NCBI RefSeq assembly: GCF_004010195.1
Contig: NC_057718.1
Span: 3,512,932 to 3,569,016 of the forward strand
Length of the DNA: 56,085 bases
Direction: 5' to 3'
Origin: Chiloscyllium plagiosum
Taxonomy: Eukaryota
Shown here one piece after another: positions 1-11,569 of the stretch (position 1 is the stretch's first letter; the number at the start of each line of letters is the position of its first letter). A program made the position numbers and the translations under genes. A model generated the notes under the pieces. It was not told the origin of the DNA. It searched no databases and saw nothing but the letters and a program-made list of their open reading frames with translations.

Positions 1-44
1 GAGGTTTCTCATCTGTCCTGATCTCTGTAATTTTCTATTCACAG

Positions 45-395
45 ATCGAGATACATGGCCAGTGCTTATCCAATCTCCTGAAGCAGTGTCAGTGCCTGAG
101 GGTGGGACAGTGACATTTCACTGTGATTTGCGAAGCAGCAATGTCAATTACACTGTGGACATATACACTGCACACTGGCACCATTCCCGACACGGGTCGA
201 TCATATTGACACATTTTGCAGGCGGCGGTGTTTCCCGATCGAGAGGATTCTCTGAGCGGTTTCAGCTTTCCAGAAATGTGACCAGTAACAGCTTCATTCT
301 GACCATCAGAGAGCTGCAGCTCAGTGACACCAATACCTACATCTGTGAGATTTGGGGGAAAGTCTTTGGGAAAGGGACCCGGCTGAATGTGACCA
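45..395 (+). CDS. Gene 1, exon encoding a germline-joined V-J Ig domain (type 'a'); upstream leader/other exons lie outside the window
   Basis: Acceptor ttttctattcacag|AT at 44/45 and donor ACCA|gtaagt at 395/396; 351 nt, phase 1/1. Translation xRDTWPVLIQSPEAVSVPEGGTVTFHC...AHW...RFQLSRNVTSNSFILTIRELQLSDTNTYICEIWGKVFGKGTRLNVT has B-strand Cys, C-strand Trp, D-x-x-x-Y-x-C and the J motif FGxGTxL. Confidence 0.93.
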
Positions 396-1504
396 GTAAG
401 TTTTCTCTAATACAATATTGATTTGATTGCCAGTGATTTCACCATGGAAGCACCTTGTTTAAATGTACATTTTATAAACTTTGTAACAGACCCAGTCCCG
501 GACTCTCAACCCCCATCCACAGCCTCTTGGCACCTTCCCCGGTTCCTCAGCCCATTCCCTCCTAAACCCTGGCCCCAGCAGAAGCAGCGCAGTCAGCTCA
601 CTACCCTGGATCACAGACCATTCCCTTGGCTCCTGCCAGTCAGTCAGGGAGTGACAGGGAGGGGGTGAATTTCAGTGAAATGTAAAGAATCACACGCAGC
701 CACTTTAGCAACTGCTGTCAAAAGGTAAGTACATCAGGTCAGTATGAGGGTTCACTGCTGGGAGGGCAAGGAGTCAGATAGGTAAAGGTAAAAAGGATGC
801 CAGGTGGGGAGACTGCCAGATAAGAAGGGTGCCATCTTATTAGGTTACTAATTGGAAAGTGTTTGGCTGCCATGTCCATAAGGGGCCAGGTGAGTAGTGT
901 GTAACTGGGTCAGGGCGAGGGTGACAGGTGGTAGTGGGCCCCTTGGGAAGAGGATTCGGATGAAGAGTGGGGAAAAGAGAACTGATGCAGGGAATGGGGG
1001 AAGTGGTTTGGGGAAGAGAAGGGGTAATGAGCTAGGATCCAAGGGGGTCAGGTTTCAGGTTCTGTGCTAGGAGTTGTCAGGGATCTGGGGGTGTATGCGG
1101 TAAGAGTGTGGCCTGCTGAATAGTTACTCAGGAATTAAATTTTTTATTTAATATTCTATTATTTCCAAGCAATATTTTAATTGGAAACCACATAATTCTT
1201 TGATTTAAATGGAGACTTTCAGAACACTCAAAAATGAGGGAATTCCCCAACAGAAGTTTCAAACTCTCAGGCAAATCCCAGGGAGTCTGCCACATGGGGA
1301 TTCCACAGGGTGCCTGGACCTTGAGCTACACTGCAATAATGCCTGTCTGGTTATTTGACAATCAGGGCCACATTTTTATGAGTTTTTAAGTGAAAAATAT
1401 TCACAGTTCATGGATCAAAACTGAACAACAGCAGTTATGTTAAACCGAAAGACTTGTCTTCGAGGGATACTTTCACTGGTTGTGAATTGTTGTAATGGGA
1501 TGGC

Positions 1505-3910
1505 CATAGAGTCATGGACTCATACAGCATGGAAACAGATCTTTCAATCCAACTCGTCCATTCTGACCAAATTTCCCGAACTAAACAAATCTCACTTGCC
1601 AGCGTTTGGTCCATGTCCCTTTAAACGTTTCTTATTCATGTATCTATCCAAATGTCTTTTAAATGTTGGATCTTTATCTGCATCTACCATTTCTTCCAGC
1701 AGTCCATTCCACTACAAACCATCCTCTGTGTGAAAAAATTTCCTTCTGGGTTGCTTTTTAATCTTTCTCCTCTATCGTTAAAAGTGTGCCCCCTTATTTT
1801 GAACACTCGCATCCTTTGAAAAAGACCTTCCTACAGAAAACCTTGGGGTTTTCCTTGATCCTATCTGCCAAAGGCTTCTCATGTCCCTTCCTGAATTTTC
1901 TTCGCTCTCTTTAGGTCTTTCCAAACTAACTTGTAACTCCTCAAGTGCCCTAATGGATCCTTTACATCTCATCCTAGCATTAGCCTTCTTTTTCCTTGTA
2001 ACAAGAGATTCACCTTCTTTAGTAAACCACAGCTCCCTCGCTCAGCCACTTCCTCCCTGCCTGAAAGGTACATACTTGTCAAGGAGACGCAGTAGCTATT
2101 CCTTGAATAAGCTCCACATTACAATTGTTCCATTTCCTGTAGTTTTCTTCCCCAGCCTATGCATTGTAAATCTTGCTTAATTGCATCATCATTGCCTTTC
2201 CCCCAGCTTTTACTCTTGTCCTGCGGTACATACCTACCCCTTTCCATCACTAAATTAAATGTAACCAAATTGTGGTCACTATCACCAAAGTTCTCACCTC
2301 CCTCCAAATCTAACACCTGACCAGGTTCATTACCCAGTACAATACCTGAACAATAGTATTTCCAGTCAATATTTGGAAAGTTAAAGATCCCCATAACAAT
2401 TACATTGTTACTCTCGTTCCAATCCAGAATCATCATTTATCCTTTCCTCTATATCTCTGGGACTATTCAGAGGCCTATAGAAAACTCCTAATAGGGTGAC
2501 CTCTCCTTTCCTGTTTCTAACCGCAGTCCATACTACCTCAGTAGACGAGTCCTGAAAACTCCTTTCTGCTATCATAATACTGACCTTGACTAACAATGCC
2601 ACATCTCTCCTTTTATAACTATCTTCCCTGTTCTTTCTGAAACATCGGAATCCCAGAACCTGCAACAACCATTCCTGTCCCTGCTCTATCCATGTATCCA
2701 AAATGGCCACAACATCGAAGTCCCAGTTACCAACCCAAGCTGCAAGTCCACCCACCTTATTCCAGATGCTCCTGGCGTTGAAGTAGACACACTTCAAACC
2801 ACCTTCCTGCTTGCCGGTAAACCCTTGTGATCTTAAAACCTTATTTCTGACCTCATTACTCTCAACTTCCTGGACATGGGAAACAATTTATGCTCCCATC
2901 ACCTGCTGAATTAGTTTAAACTCTCCAGAAGAGCGTTAGCAAATGTACCCCCCCCCCCCCCCCCCCGCCAAGGATATTGGTACCCCTCTGGTTGAGGTAT
3001 AGACCATCCTGTTTGTAGAGGTCCTAACTACCCCAGAATAAGCCCCAAAATATCCAGGTATCTGAAGCCCTCCCTCCTGCACCATCCCTGTAGCCACATG
3101 TTCAGCTCTGCTCTCTCCTTATTCCTCGCCTCACCAGCACATGGCACAGGTGACAACAAGAGATAACCACTCTGTTTGTCCTAGCTCTACTCTTCCACCC
3201 TAGCTCCCTGAATTCTGCCTTAAATCCTCATCCCTTTTCCTACCTATGCTATTAGTGCCTATGTGGACCATGACTTGGGGCTGCTTCCCCCTCTGGATCA
3301 GTGGTGGGCCACGGGGCGGTTTGGTTGATTGGTGCGGGTGTCTCAGAGATGTTCCCTGAAGCGCTCTGCTAGGAGGCGCCCAGTCTCCCCGATGTTTCCA
3401 GCATCTGCAGTCATTATTTTTACCTCGTTGATTTTAACCCTACTGCGAATCCTCTTGCAAGGATGCCTGCCTTGAAGAAGTTTTCCTCCTCTCTCTACAA
3501 GAATCCCAGGGAGTCTCTCTCCCACTGCAACTCCCAGGTAATTTCCTCTGTCCTGAAGCTCTTCAACCATGTCCTGAAACAAACCAGCTACTATTCCTGA
3601 TGAAGGACTTTTGCCCGAAACGTCAATTTTGCCTGTCCTCGGATGCTGCCTGAACTGCTGTGCTCTTCCAGCATCACTGATCCAGAATCTGGTTTCCAGC
3701 ATCTGCAGTCATTGTTTTTACCTCGCTGTTTCCCCCTCCCCCAAAGGATCCCAAAAACACGATCCCAGACATCATGAATGCTGGCACCTGGGAAGCAACA
3801 CACCAACTATGAGCCTCTCTTGTTCCTACAGAATCTCCTATCTATCCCCATAACTATGGAGTCCCAATGACTAATGCTCTGCTCCTCCTTCACCTTCCCT
3901 TCTGAGCAAC
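1505..3910 (-). mobile_element. CR1-like LINE remnants: 3' tail (about 1505-1830), ORF2 AP endonuclease (about 1870-2800), ORF1 esterase-like region (to about 3910)
   Basis: ORFs 2408-2797 (CVYFNARSI...DVVAILDTW...GVFYRP) and 2119-2436 (MGIFNFPNIDW, SDHN) are CR1 endonuclease; VCCFPGASIHDV is typical of the CR1 ORF1 SGNH-esterase domain. Confidence 0.85.
3293..3726 (-). mobile_element. Penelope-like element fragment inserted in the CR1 ORF1
   Basis: IGETGRLLAERFREHL is a GIY-YIG endonuclease motif; terminal repeat gatgctgg..gcacagcag..ggcagcatccgagga..cccttcatcagg; flanked by near-duplicated ctg(c/t)ttccccct. Confidence 0.7.
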
Positions 3911-4069
3911 AAAGTAATAAAGTAATCCTTGAATCTTTCAGGTAAGGCTGCTTGATTATAGTTTGAGAATTCACCCAAGGTAACGTGATCTGATATGTCT
4001 TTCATTAAATATTTGACATATTTAACAAGCTTTAGATTAGTTTTAAATTACTCAGTTTTTCTGTTAAAG

Positions 4070-4414
4070 GTGCAAATGTCCCAGTCCTTCTCCAGTCACC
4101 AATCCTGGAACGTGTCACCGAGGATCACACTGCCCGGTTACAGTGCATCGTGATGAACGCCGCAGTGACACACACCGATGTTCACTGGTACCGGGAACAA
4201 CCAGAGAATAACACGGAGTGGGTTTTAACACATGACGTGAAGAATATCAAACAACGGAGCCCAGGATTTACTGAGCGGTTCCAGTCTTCCAGAGATCCCT
4301 CCAGTAACAGCTTCATTCTGACCATCACAAATGTGCAGCCCTGTGACACTGGGGTCTATTATTGTAAAGTGTGGGGAGATATCAATGGGAATGGAACCCA
4401 GCTGACTGTAACAG
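4070..4414 (+). CDS. Gene 1, exon encoding second germline-joined V-J Ig domain (type 'b')
   Basis: Acceptor tttttctgttaaag|GT, donor ACAG|gtaagt; 345 nt, phase 1/1, open. SANVPVLLQSPILERVTEDHTARLQC...DVHWYREQP...RFQSSRDPSSNSFILTITNVQPCDTGVYYCKVWGDINGNGTQLTVT has canonical V-set residues and a J-like GxGTxLTV. Confidence 0.93.
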
Positions 4415-5425
4415 GTAAGTCCTGTTTCTATGAAACTAACTGATCTGATTGTGTGGGTGTTGGACAGGCTGGGATTGGGGATCATTTAAAACATTTTTTA
4501 AGTTGTTGTTGTTCAAGATGTTTTGGAAAAGTCTCAAAGATAACCATTTTTACTCAAGCTTTACAGTGTTTACAACAAATGAAATTAACAACTTTTAATC
4601 TTTCTTTGTCCTTATTGGGAGTGATCCCCTCCTGATTTGCTTGGATTGGTTGTGGTGAGTCTGTTTGTCCAGGGGACACTCCTCAGGAAATGGCAGTGTA
4701 GTCTGTGTCTCTCCACTCGTGTGTGACGGAGGGCTTTGGACTGAAGCCCCCTGAGGGAGGGAACTAGCTGCTTCAGGAATTCTGGATGTTTCTCATCCTG
4801 TTCAGCAAGGCCCACTCTGTGTGGGAGCTCCAAGGCAGCCATTTGACAGATGGCTTTTGACACAAGGGGAGAATGGGTCAGTCCCACTGTCTCTATCTCT
4901 TTAATCTGAAGGATGTCTTGTTGGTGGACATTGCTTGGGAATGTTGCTCCGTACGGAGCACCCTGATGTAGAGGAATCACCAAGTGGATCATTGTGGAGT
5001 CCAGAAAAGAAAGGCAGCACAGATCACTTCATCCAGCTTGTGGGTTTTCATCAGTCACCAGAGGTGTCAGGGAGAGGGAGAGAAGTTTGTGAGGACAGGA
5101 AATTGGGAGAGATCTGTTGACAAAAAAGTTCCGTTAACAAAGCATACTGTTACCTTCAATGCACTGTCAGCGAGACATGGGAGGAGATGCAGAGGGTCAG
5201 ACAGGTGCCCAGTAGCCTGTTGTGTGGAGGCTCACATCCTCCATCAGTGCTGTGCTTTCACTCACTCTCACTTTAATACTCACTCTCACTTTAATTCTCA
5301 CTCCCACTCTGACCTCAACCTCAAACACTGTTTCAATGAAATTCAATCAACTCCAGAGAAACCATTTCATCATTTGACCTGGGATTTTACAAATCAGCAA
5401 ACTCAACCTTGACCAGGACTAAATA

Positions 5426-5634
5426 CAGTCAGTTCTGTTATAATGCAGGAGTTCCATTTTTGTGTTATAAGAAAATCACATAATAGTAGCACCATTTAAA
5501 CTAATGAGGCTGGAATTGTGTTATAACCAATACACACATTAAAAGTTCACACTGTAGATACAATGTCCCCAATTTGGCAATCGTATTATAGTGAATTTGC
5601 ATTAACAAAATGCAGGTTAGAGCAGAACAACCTG
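5426..5634. mobile_element. Non-autonomous Tc1/mariner(pogo)-like MITE, about 209 bp
   Basis: TA|CAGTCAGTTCTGTTATAA...TTAGAGCAGAACAACCTG|TA: imperfect terminal inverted repeats starting CAG with a TA target duplication. Confidence 0.6.
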
Positions 5635-6124
5635 TACATCTGTCATCTAACCTCAGGTGGAATCATTGATGCCCTTATTTCTGGAAATCCTGATGAAATC
5701 CTTGACTCTGTTGCCTCTTGGCTTTGAACAGCAGATGTTTATCATGATGAAATGTAACCCTCTTTTTATTCCAAAATGCCGAGTCACCAGAGTGATTACC
5801 TTGATCTTCCTCTGCACTTCAAAACACTTCAGTGTCTCCAGTGGATATTCTGTAGGACTTCCCTTTACAGAGACGTTGGCACAACCATTCTATCGTTTCA
5901 AATCAACTCATGTTCCACTCCTGGTCAAATGCTGTTTCTGTTTGGGGTACATTTCCGTAACTTGGTTTGCTCAACCATATGTGATGATCACTCTTGCACA
6001 CAATGTTGTCTGATGTCTATACATTTCTTGCTGTAGAAAATACCTTGATTTCTTTTATAAATTGATGGTTCAGAATCTGTTGTGACTCTGATCAGTACTA
6101 GGAAACATTGTGTTCTTCATCTTT

Positions 6125-7920
6125 AGTTTAGAGTCATAGAGATGTACATGGAACAAACTCTTTCATCTAACTGGTCCATGCCTGGTCCTATTTGCCTGCA
6201 TTTGGTCCATATCCCTCTAAACCCTTCATATGCACATACCCGTCCAGATGCATTTTAAATATTGCAATTGTCCCAGACTTCACCAGTTCCTCTGGCAGCT
6301 CATTCCATCATGCTTAATTCTTTGTGTGAAAAAGTTGCCCCTTAGGTCCGTTTTAAATATTTCCCCTTTCACCTTAAATCTGTGTCCCCTAGTTTTTAAA
6401 ACCCACATTTTGGAGAAAAGACCTTGTCTATTTACCCTGTGCATGCCCCTATATAAACTCTATAAGGACACCCCTGAGCCTTTGGTCCCCCAGGGAAAAC
6501 TGCCCCAGGCTATTCAGCCTCTCCCTGGCGCTCAAACCCTCCTGCTTTGATAACATCATTATAAATCTTTTCTGAACCCTTTCAAGATTCACAGTATACT
6601 TCCAATGAGATCAGTATTGGATCCACTGTTTTAGTAGTGGCCTAATAATGTCATGTACAGCTGCAACATGACCTTCAAACTCCTATACTCAATGCACTAT
6701 GAACCTGCACTCCAAGGTCTCTTTGTTCAGCAACACTCCCCAGGACCTTACCATTAAGTGTATAAATCCTGCCCAGGAAAGAAACAGCGGCACCTTACCA
6801 AAATGTAGCACCGCACACATTTATCTAAATTAAACTCCACCTGCCACTCCTCAGTCCATTGGCCCATCTGATCAAGATCCTGTTGTAATCTGAGATAATC
6901 TTTTTTTTGCTGTCCACTACACCTTCAATTTATATAAATGATTTGGCTGTGAATATGGGAGAACCATACCTCCTATATTCACAGCTAAATCATTTATATA
7001 AATTATGAAAAGCAGTGGACCCAGGACCAATCCTTGTGGCAGACCACTGCTCAACAGGCCTCCATTTTGAAAAGCAACCCTCAACAACCACCCTGTGTTC
7101 AATCTTTGAGCCAGTTCAGTATCCACATGGCATGCCCTGTAGTCATTATGATCTAACCTTCCTAAACAGTATACCATGAGGAATCTTGTGGTTTACTGAC
7201 GTCCATATAGATTACATCCACCTCTCTGCCCTCATCAATCATTTTCATTACTTCAAAAAACTCAAATGAAGTTCATGAGACATGATTTCCCATGCACAAA
7301 ACTAAGTTGACTATCCCGAATCGGTCTTTGCTTATCCAAATATTTATACATCCTGTCCTCAGGATTCCCTCCAATAACTTGCCCACCACTGATATCAGGC
7401 TCACTGGTGTATAGTTTCCTGGCTTTACCTTGCCACCCTCCTTAAATAGTAGCATCACATTAGCTAACCTCCAGTCTTCCAGCACCTCATCAATGGCCAT
7501 CAATACAAATATCACAGCAAGGGGTCTAGAAATCATTTCCCTAGCTTCCCACAGAGTTCGAGGGTACATCTGATCTGATCCTGGGGATTTATCCAGCTTT
7601 ATGTATTTTAAGACATTCAGTACCTTCTCCTCAGTAACATTGGCATTTATCAAGGTGTCGCTATTTCTTTCCCCACATTCTCCATCTTCCATATTCTTCT
7701 CCATAATGAATGCTGATGCAAAATAGCCATTTAGTATCTTCCACATCTCCTGCGATTTCCATACCTAGATGACTTTGCTGATCTTTAAGGGTTTCCTATT
7801 CTCTCCCTAGTTACTCATTTGTCCTCAATGTATTTATAAAATCCCTTAGGATTCTTGTTAACCCTATTTGCCAAAGCCAGCTCATGTCCCCTTTTTGCCC
7901 TCCTGATTTCCCTGATAAGT
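6125..7920 (-). mobile_element. CR1-like LINE, 5'-truncated, degenerate RT
   Basis: ORFs 7273-7746 (DKSPGSDQMYPRTLWE...GNYTPVSLISVVGK) and 6917-7177 ([20 protein letters not shown]); reverse-complement tail at about 6125-6200. Confidence 0.9.
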
Positions 7921-8049
7921 TTCCATCTTGAACACTCTCATTGCTGAATGACTTCAATTTCTCTGGACATTTGTCCTTTTCCAGGAACTAATCTTTATTT
8001 TGTTGTGAATGTCTTGTGAACACACAGTAGTTTCTAAAGTCACCAACTC

Positions 8050-9365
8050 CTGAGAACTTTGTGGGAAGCTAGAGAAGTGATTGCTGGGCCTCTTGCAGAG
8101 ATATTTGTATCATCAATAGTCACAGGTGAAGTGCCGGAAGACTGGAGGTTGGCAAACGTGGTGCCACTGTTTAAGAAGGGTGGTAACGACAAGCCAGGGA
8201 ACTATAGACCAGTGAGCCTGACCTCGGTAGTGGGCAAGTTGTTGGAGGGAATCCTGAGGGACAGGATGTACATGTATTTGGAAAGGCAAGGACTGATTCA
8301 GGATAGTCAACATGGCTTTGTGCGCGGGAAATCATATCTCACAAACTTGATTGAGTTTTTTTGAAGAAGTAACAAAGAAGTTTGATGAGGGCAGAGCAGT
8401 AGATGTGATCTATATGGATATCAGTAAGGCGTTCGACAAGGTTCCACATGGGAGACTGATTAGCAAGGTTAGATCTCATGGAATACAGGGAGAACTAGCC
8501 ATTTGGATACAGAACTGGCTCAAAGGTAGAAGACAGAGAGTGGTGGTGGAGGGTTGTTTTTCAGGCTGGAGGCCTGTGACCAGTGGAGTACCACAAGGAT
8601 TGGTGCTGGGCCCTCTACCTTTTTCATTTACATAAATGATTTGGATGTGAGCATAAGAGGTANNNNNNNNNNNNNNNNNNNNNNNNNNNNNNNNNNNNNN
8701 NNNNNNNNNNNNNNNNNNNNNNNNNNNNNNNNNNNNNNNNNNNNNNNNNNNNNNNNNNNNNNNNNNNNNNNNNNNNNNNNNNNNNNNNNNNNNNNNNNNN
8801 NNNNNNNNNNNNNNNNNNNNNNNNNNNNNNNNNNNNNNNNNNNNNNNNNNNNNNNNNNNNNNNNNNNNNNNNNNNNNNNNNNNNNNNNNNNNNNNNNNNN
8901 NNNNNNNNNNNNNNNNNNNNNNNNNNNNNNNNNNNNNNNNNNNNNNNNNNNNNNNNNNNNNNNNNNNNNNNNNNNNNNNNNNNNNNNNNNNNNNNNNNNN
9001 NNNNNNNNNNNNNNNNNNNNNNNNNNNNNNNNNNNNNNNNNNNNNNNNNNNNNNNNNNNNNNNNNNNNNNNNNNNNNNNNNNNNNNNNNNNNNNNNNNNN
9101 NNNNNNNNNNNNNNNNNNNNNNNNNNNNNNNNNNNNNNNNNNNNNNNNNNNNNNNNNNNNNNNNNTGCCAGAGGAAGTGGTGGAGGCTGGTACAATTGCA
9201 ACATTTAAGAGGCATTTGGATGGCTATATGAATAGGAAGGGTTTGGAGGGATACGGGCCAGGTGCTGGCATGTGGGACTAGATTGGGTTGGGATATCTGG
9301 TCAGCACGGACGGGTTGGACCGAAGGGTCTGTTTCCATGCTGTACATCTCTATGACTCTATGACC
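8050..9365 (+). mobile_element. CR1-like LINE RT and 3' tail, spanning the assembly gap
   Basis: VPEDWRLANVVPLFKKG..GNYRPVSLTSVVGK, KAFDKVPH, GVPQGLVLGP; ends in tctatgactctatgac tail. Confidence 0.92.
8663..9165. other. Assembly gap (503 N)
   Basis: Run of N. Confidence 1.
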
Positions 9366-9549
9366 TAGTGCACTCAGTTGCCCCCTGCTGGACTGTCATT
9401 GCACTTGTGATTGTGTCAGGATCCACATCATGTTCAATTAAATTCAGTTGATGATGTTGATGACTGACTTTCTGAAGTGTGGGCTTTTGGGTGTGTCAAC
9501 ATCAGCTTGGGGCCTGGCCCTCTGACCATATCAGAAAATTCCCAATGTT

Positions 9550-10540
9550 TGTCTCAGGTGTTTGTGCTGGGCCCATTGCTATTTGTTATCTATATCAATG
9601 ATTTCAATAAGAATGTACAAGGCATGAGTAATACATTTGCAAACACTAAAATAGGCAGTATCACAGCCAGAGATGAAGGTTCTCAGAAATTACAGCAGGA
9701 CTTTGATCAGGTGGGGAAATGGACTGAGAAATGGCAGATGCAGTTTAACATAGACCAGTGTGAGGTCTTGCATTTTGGATAGTCAAATCAAAGGAGGACT
9801 TTCATGGTAAATGGTATGGCCTTAAGGAGTTTAGTGGAACAGAGGGACCTTGGAGTTCAGGTGCATGGTTCTCTGAAAGTGGAGTCACAGGTAGACATGA
9901 AAGTGAATAAGGCTTTTGGTACACTGGCCTTCATCAGTCAGAGCATTGAGAATAGAAGTTGGGAAGTTATGTTGCAGTTGTATCGGATGTTAGGTTGCAC
10001 TTGATGTATTTTGTTCAGTTTAGGTCACTGTGCCTTAGGAAGGATGTTATTAAACTAGAAAGAGTGCAAAAAAATTTACAAGGATGTTGCCAGGACTCAA
10101 GGGTCTGAGTTAAAGGGAGAGGTTGGACAAGTGAGGACTTTTTCCTTTAGAGTGTAGAAAACTGAGGGGGGGGGGGGGGGAGTCTAATCAAAGTGTATTA
10201 ATTGATAAGAGGCATGGATAGGGTGAATGCACTCAATCTTTTTTCCCAGGGTTGGGGAATCGAGGACTAGAGGGCATCAGTTTAAGGTAAGAGGGGCAAG
10301 AATAAATGGGAACCTGAAGGGGCATTTTTATTTACAGAAGCTGGTGTGCATGTAGAATGGGCTGCCAATGGGAATGGTTAAGGCAGGTACATTAACATCA
10401 TTTCAAAGGCATTTGGACAAATATATGAATAGGACTGGTTTCAAAATATATGGGCCTAGAGCAAGGAATTGGGGTTAGCATGGATGGATATGTTAAGCCA
10501 AAGGGCCTTTCTCCATGCTGTAAGACTCAATGACTCTATG
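9550..10540 (+). mobile_element. CR1-like LINE 3' fragment
   Basis: VLGPLLFVIYINDF...KWQMQFNIDQCEVLHFG, EQRDLGVQVH; tail tgactctatg. Confidence 0.88.
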
Positions 10541-11128
10541 CTTCCTCATGGAACTGAGTGTGGAGCTTGATAACTGTTCAGTCTATCAAAGAAGATTGCC
10601 TGTTCCAACAGTATGTCCTTGAGATCATATGCTTCTTTTGAAATGGTGCTTCATCTCTCCAAAGAGTGCAAGCATGTAAAGATCATTTATATTTTGAAGA
10701 CTATAGACCAAAAATGGGATATTGCTTTAAACCAAAGAAACTGTGAGAAGGTGTTTGTAGTTTTAATAAACGTTATTACAACACATGAAATATTGCCTGA
10801 AGCAGTGGGCAGAGAATAGTCGTCATGTCAGCATGTCATAAAGTAAGCGATGTTTGTGAATCTGATGGGGACCAGAACTTGGCTGCTCAGAGATTTTCTC
10901 TTATTGTAAAATTATAAAGACCCTGGGAATTGCGAGGCTCAGTTTTTAGCTCCCTTCCCCAGTCAGGCACAACAGTATCACGGGCCTTCTACAGGGAAAT
11001 ATAAATGGTGCTGTCTTGTGTACGTGTGTGTGATCACACAGCCACCAATCACTGGTGGCCAGCACTTGTCACCTCTGGCCAAGTAGATGCTATGTTTAAC
11101 AGCTTAAACAGGTCATCTCTTTTCACAG

Positions 11129-11248
11129 AAGTCAACCACCTTTGGAAGACAAAACTTATTTGGTTCATTCTGGGAGCTCTGTTTGGAAATACAGCAGTGA
11201 TTTTATTCATTGGATACACATGTCTGAGAAAAAAGCACTCCATTACAT
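11129..11248 (+). CDS. Gene 1, transmembrane exon
   Basis: Acceptor tctcttttcacag|AA, donor ACAT|gtaagt; 120 nt, phase 1/1, in frame with the preceding V exon. Encodes EVNHLWKTK-LIWFILGALFGNTAVILFIGYTCL-RKKHSIT, a hydrophobic span followed by a basic stop-transfer cluster. Confidence 0.88.
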
Positions 11249-11569
11249 GTAAGTCAATTATTAACTTTGCCTTGATTATTGTTGATGGTTCTGTTTGACT
11301 CATTCATAACCAATATTTAATGTCCCCCCCAGAGAACTGTTAAGAGCCAATCACGTTGCTATTGGTCTGGAGTCACATATGAAACAGACCAGTTAAGGAT
11401 TGCAGTAAGGGCATTGTGAACCAGATGGATGTTTACAGCAATTGAAGACCGTGTCATGGTCATTGTCACTGAGACTAGGATTTAATTCCAGAACTTGTTT
11501 AACAATATGTTGAACTAAATTTTGACCGGGTGCTCTGGCTGGATTTGAAAACCATTAGAGTTATGAGAT

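Noticed and set aside
490-640. Pro/Ser-rich stalk exon (ORF 423-668)
   Set aside because: It would end in phase 0 against a phase-1 next exon, and the paralogous copy at 26600 has frame-breaking indels.
45-4414. Rearranging Ig light-chain or TCR V gene segments
   Set aside because: V and J are fused in single exons, there are no RSS and no C1 exon, and the exons splice in frame to a TM/ITAM tail.
4612-5412. ORFs of 126-142 aa in intron 2
   Set aside because: No recognisable domain or convincing splice structure; likely chance ORFs.
8663-9165. Hidden exon (e.g. a C domain) in the assembly gap; long X-rich ORFs
   Set aside because: Both flanks are collinear parts of one CR1; the sister copy at 45765-46833 has about 720 bp of RT sequence between the same anchors. 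Not fully excluded until the gap is closed.
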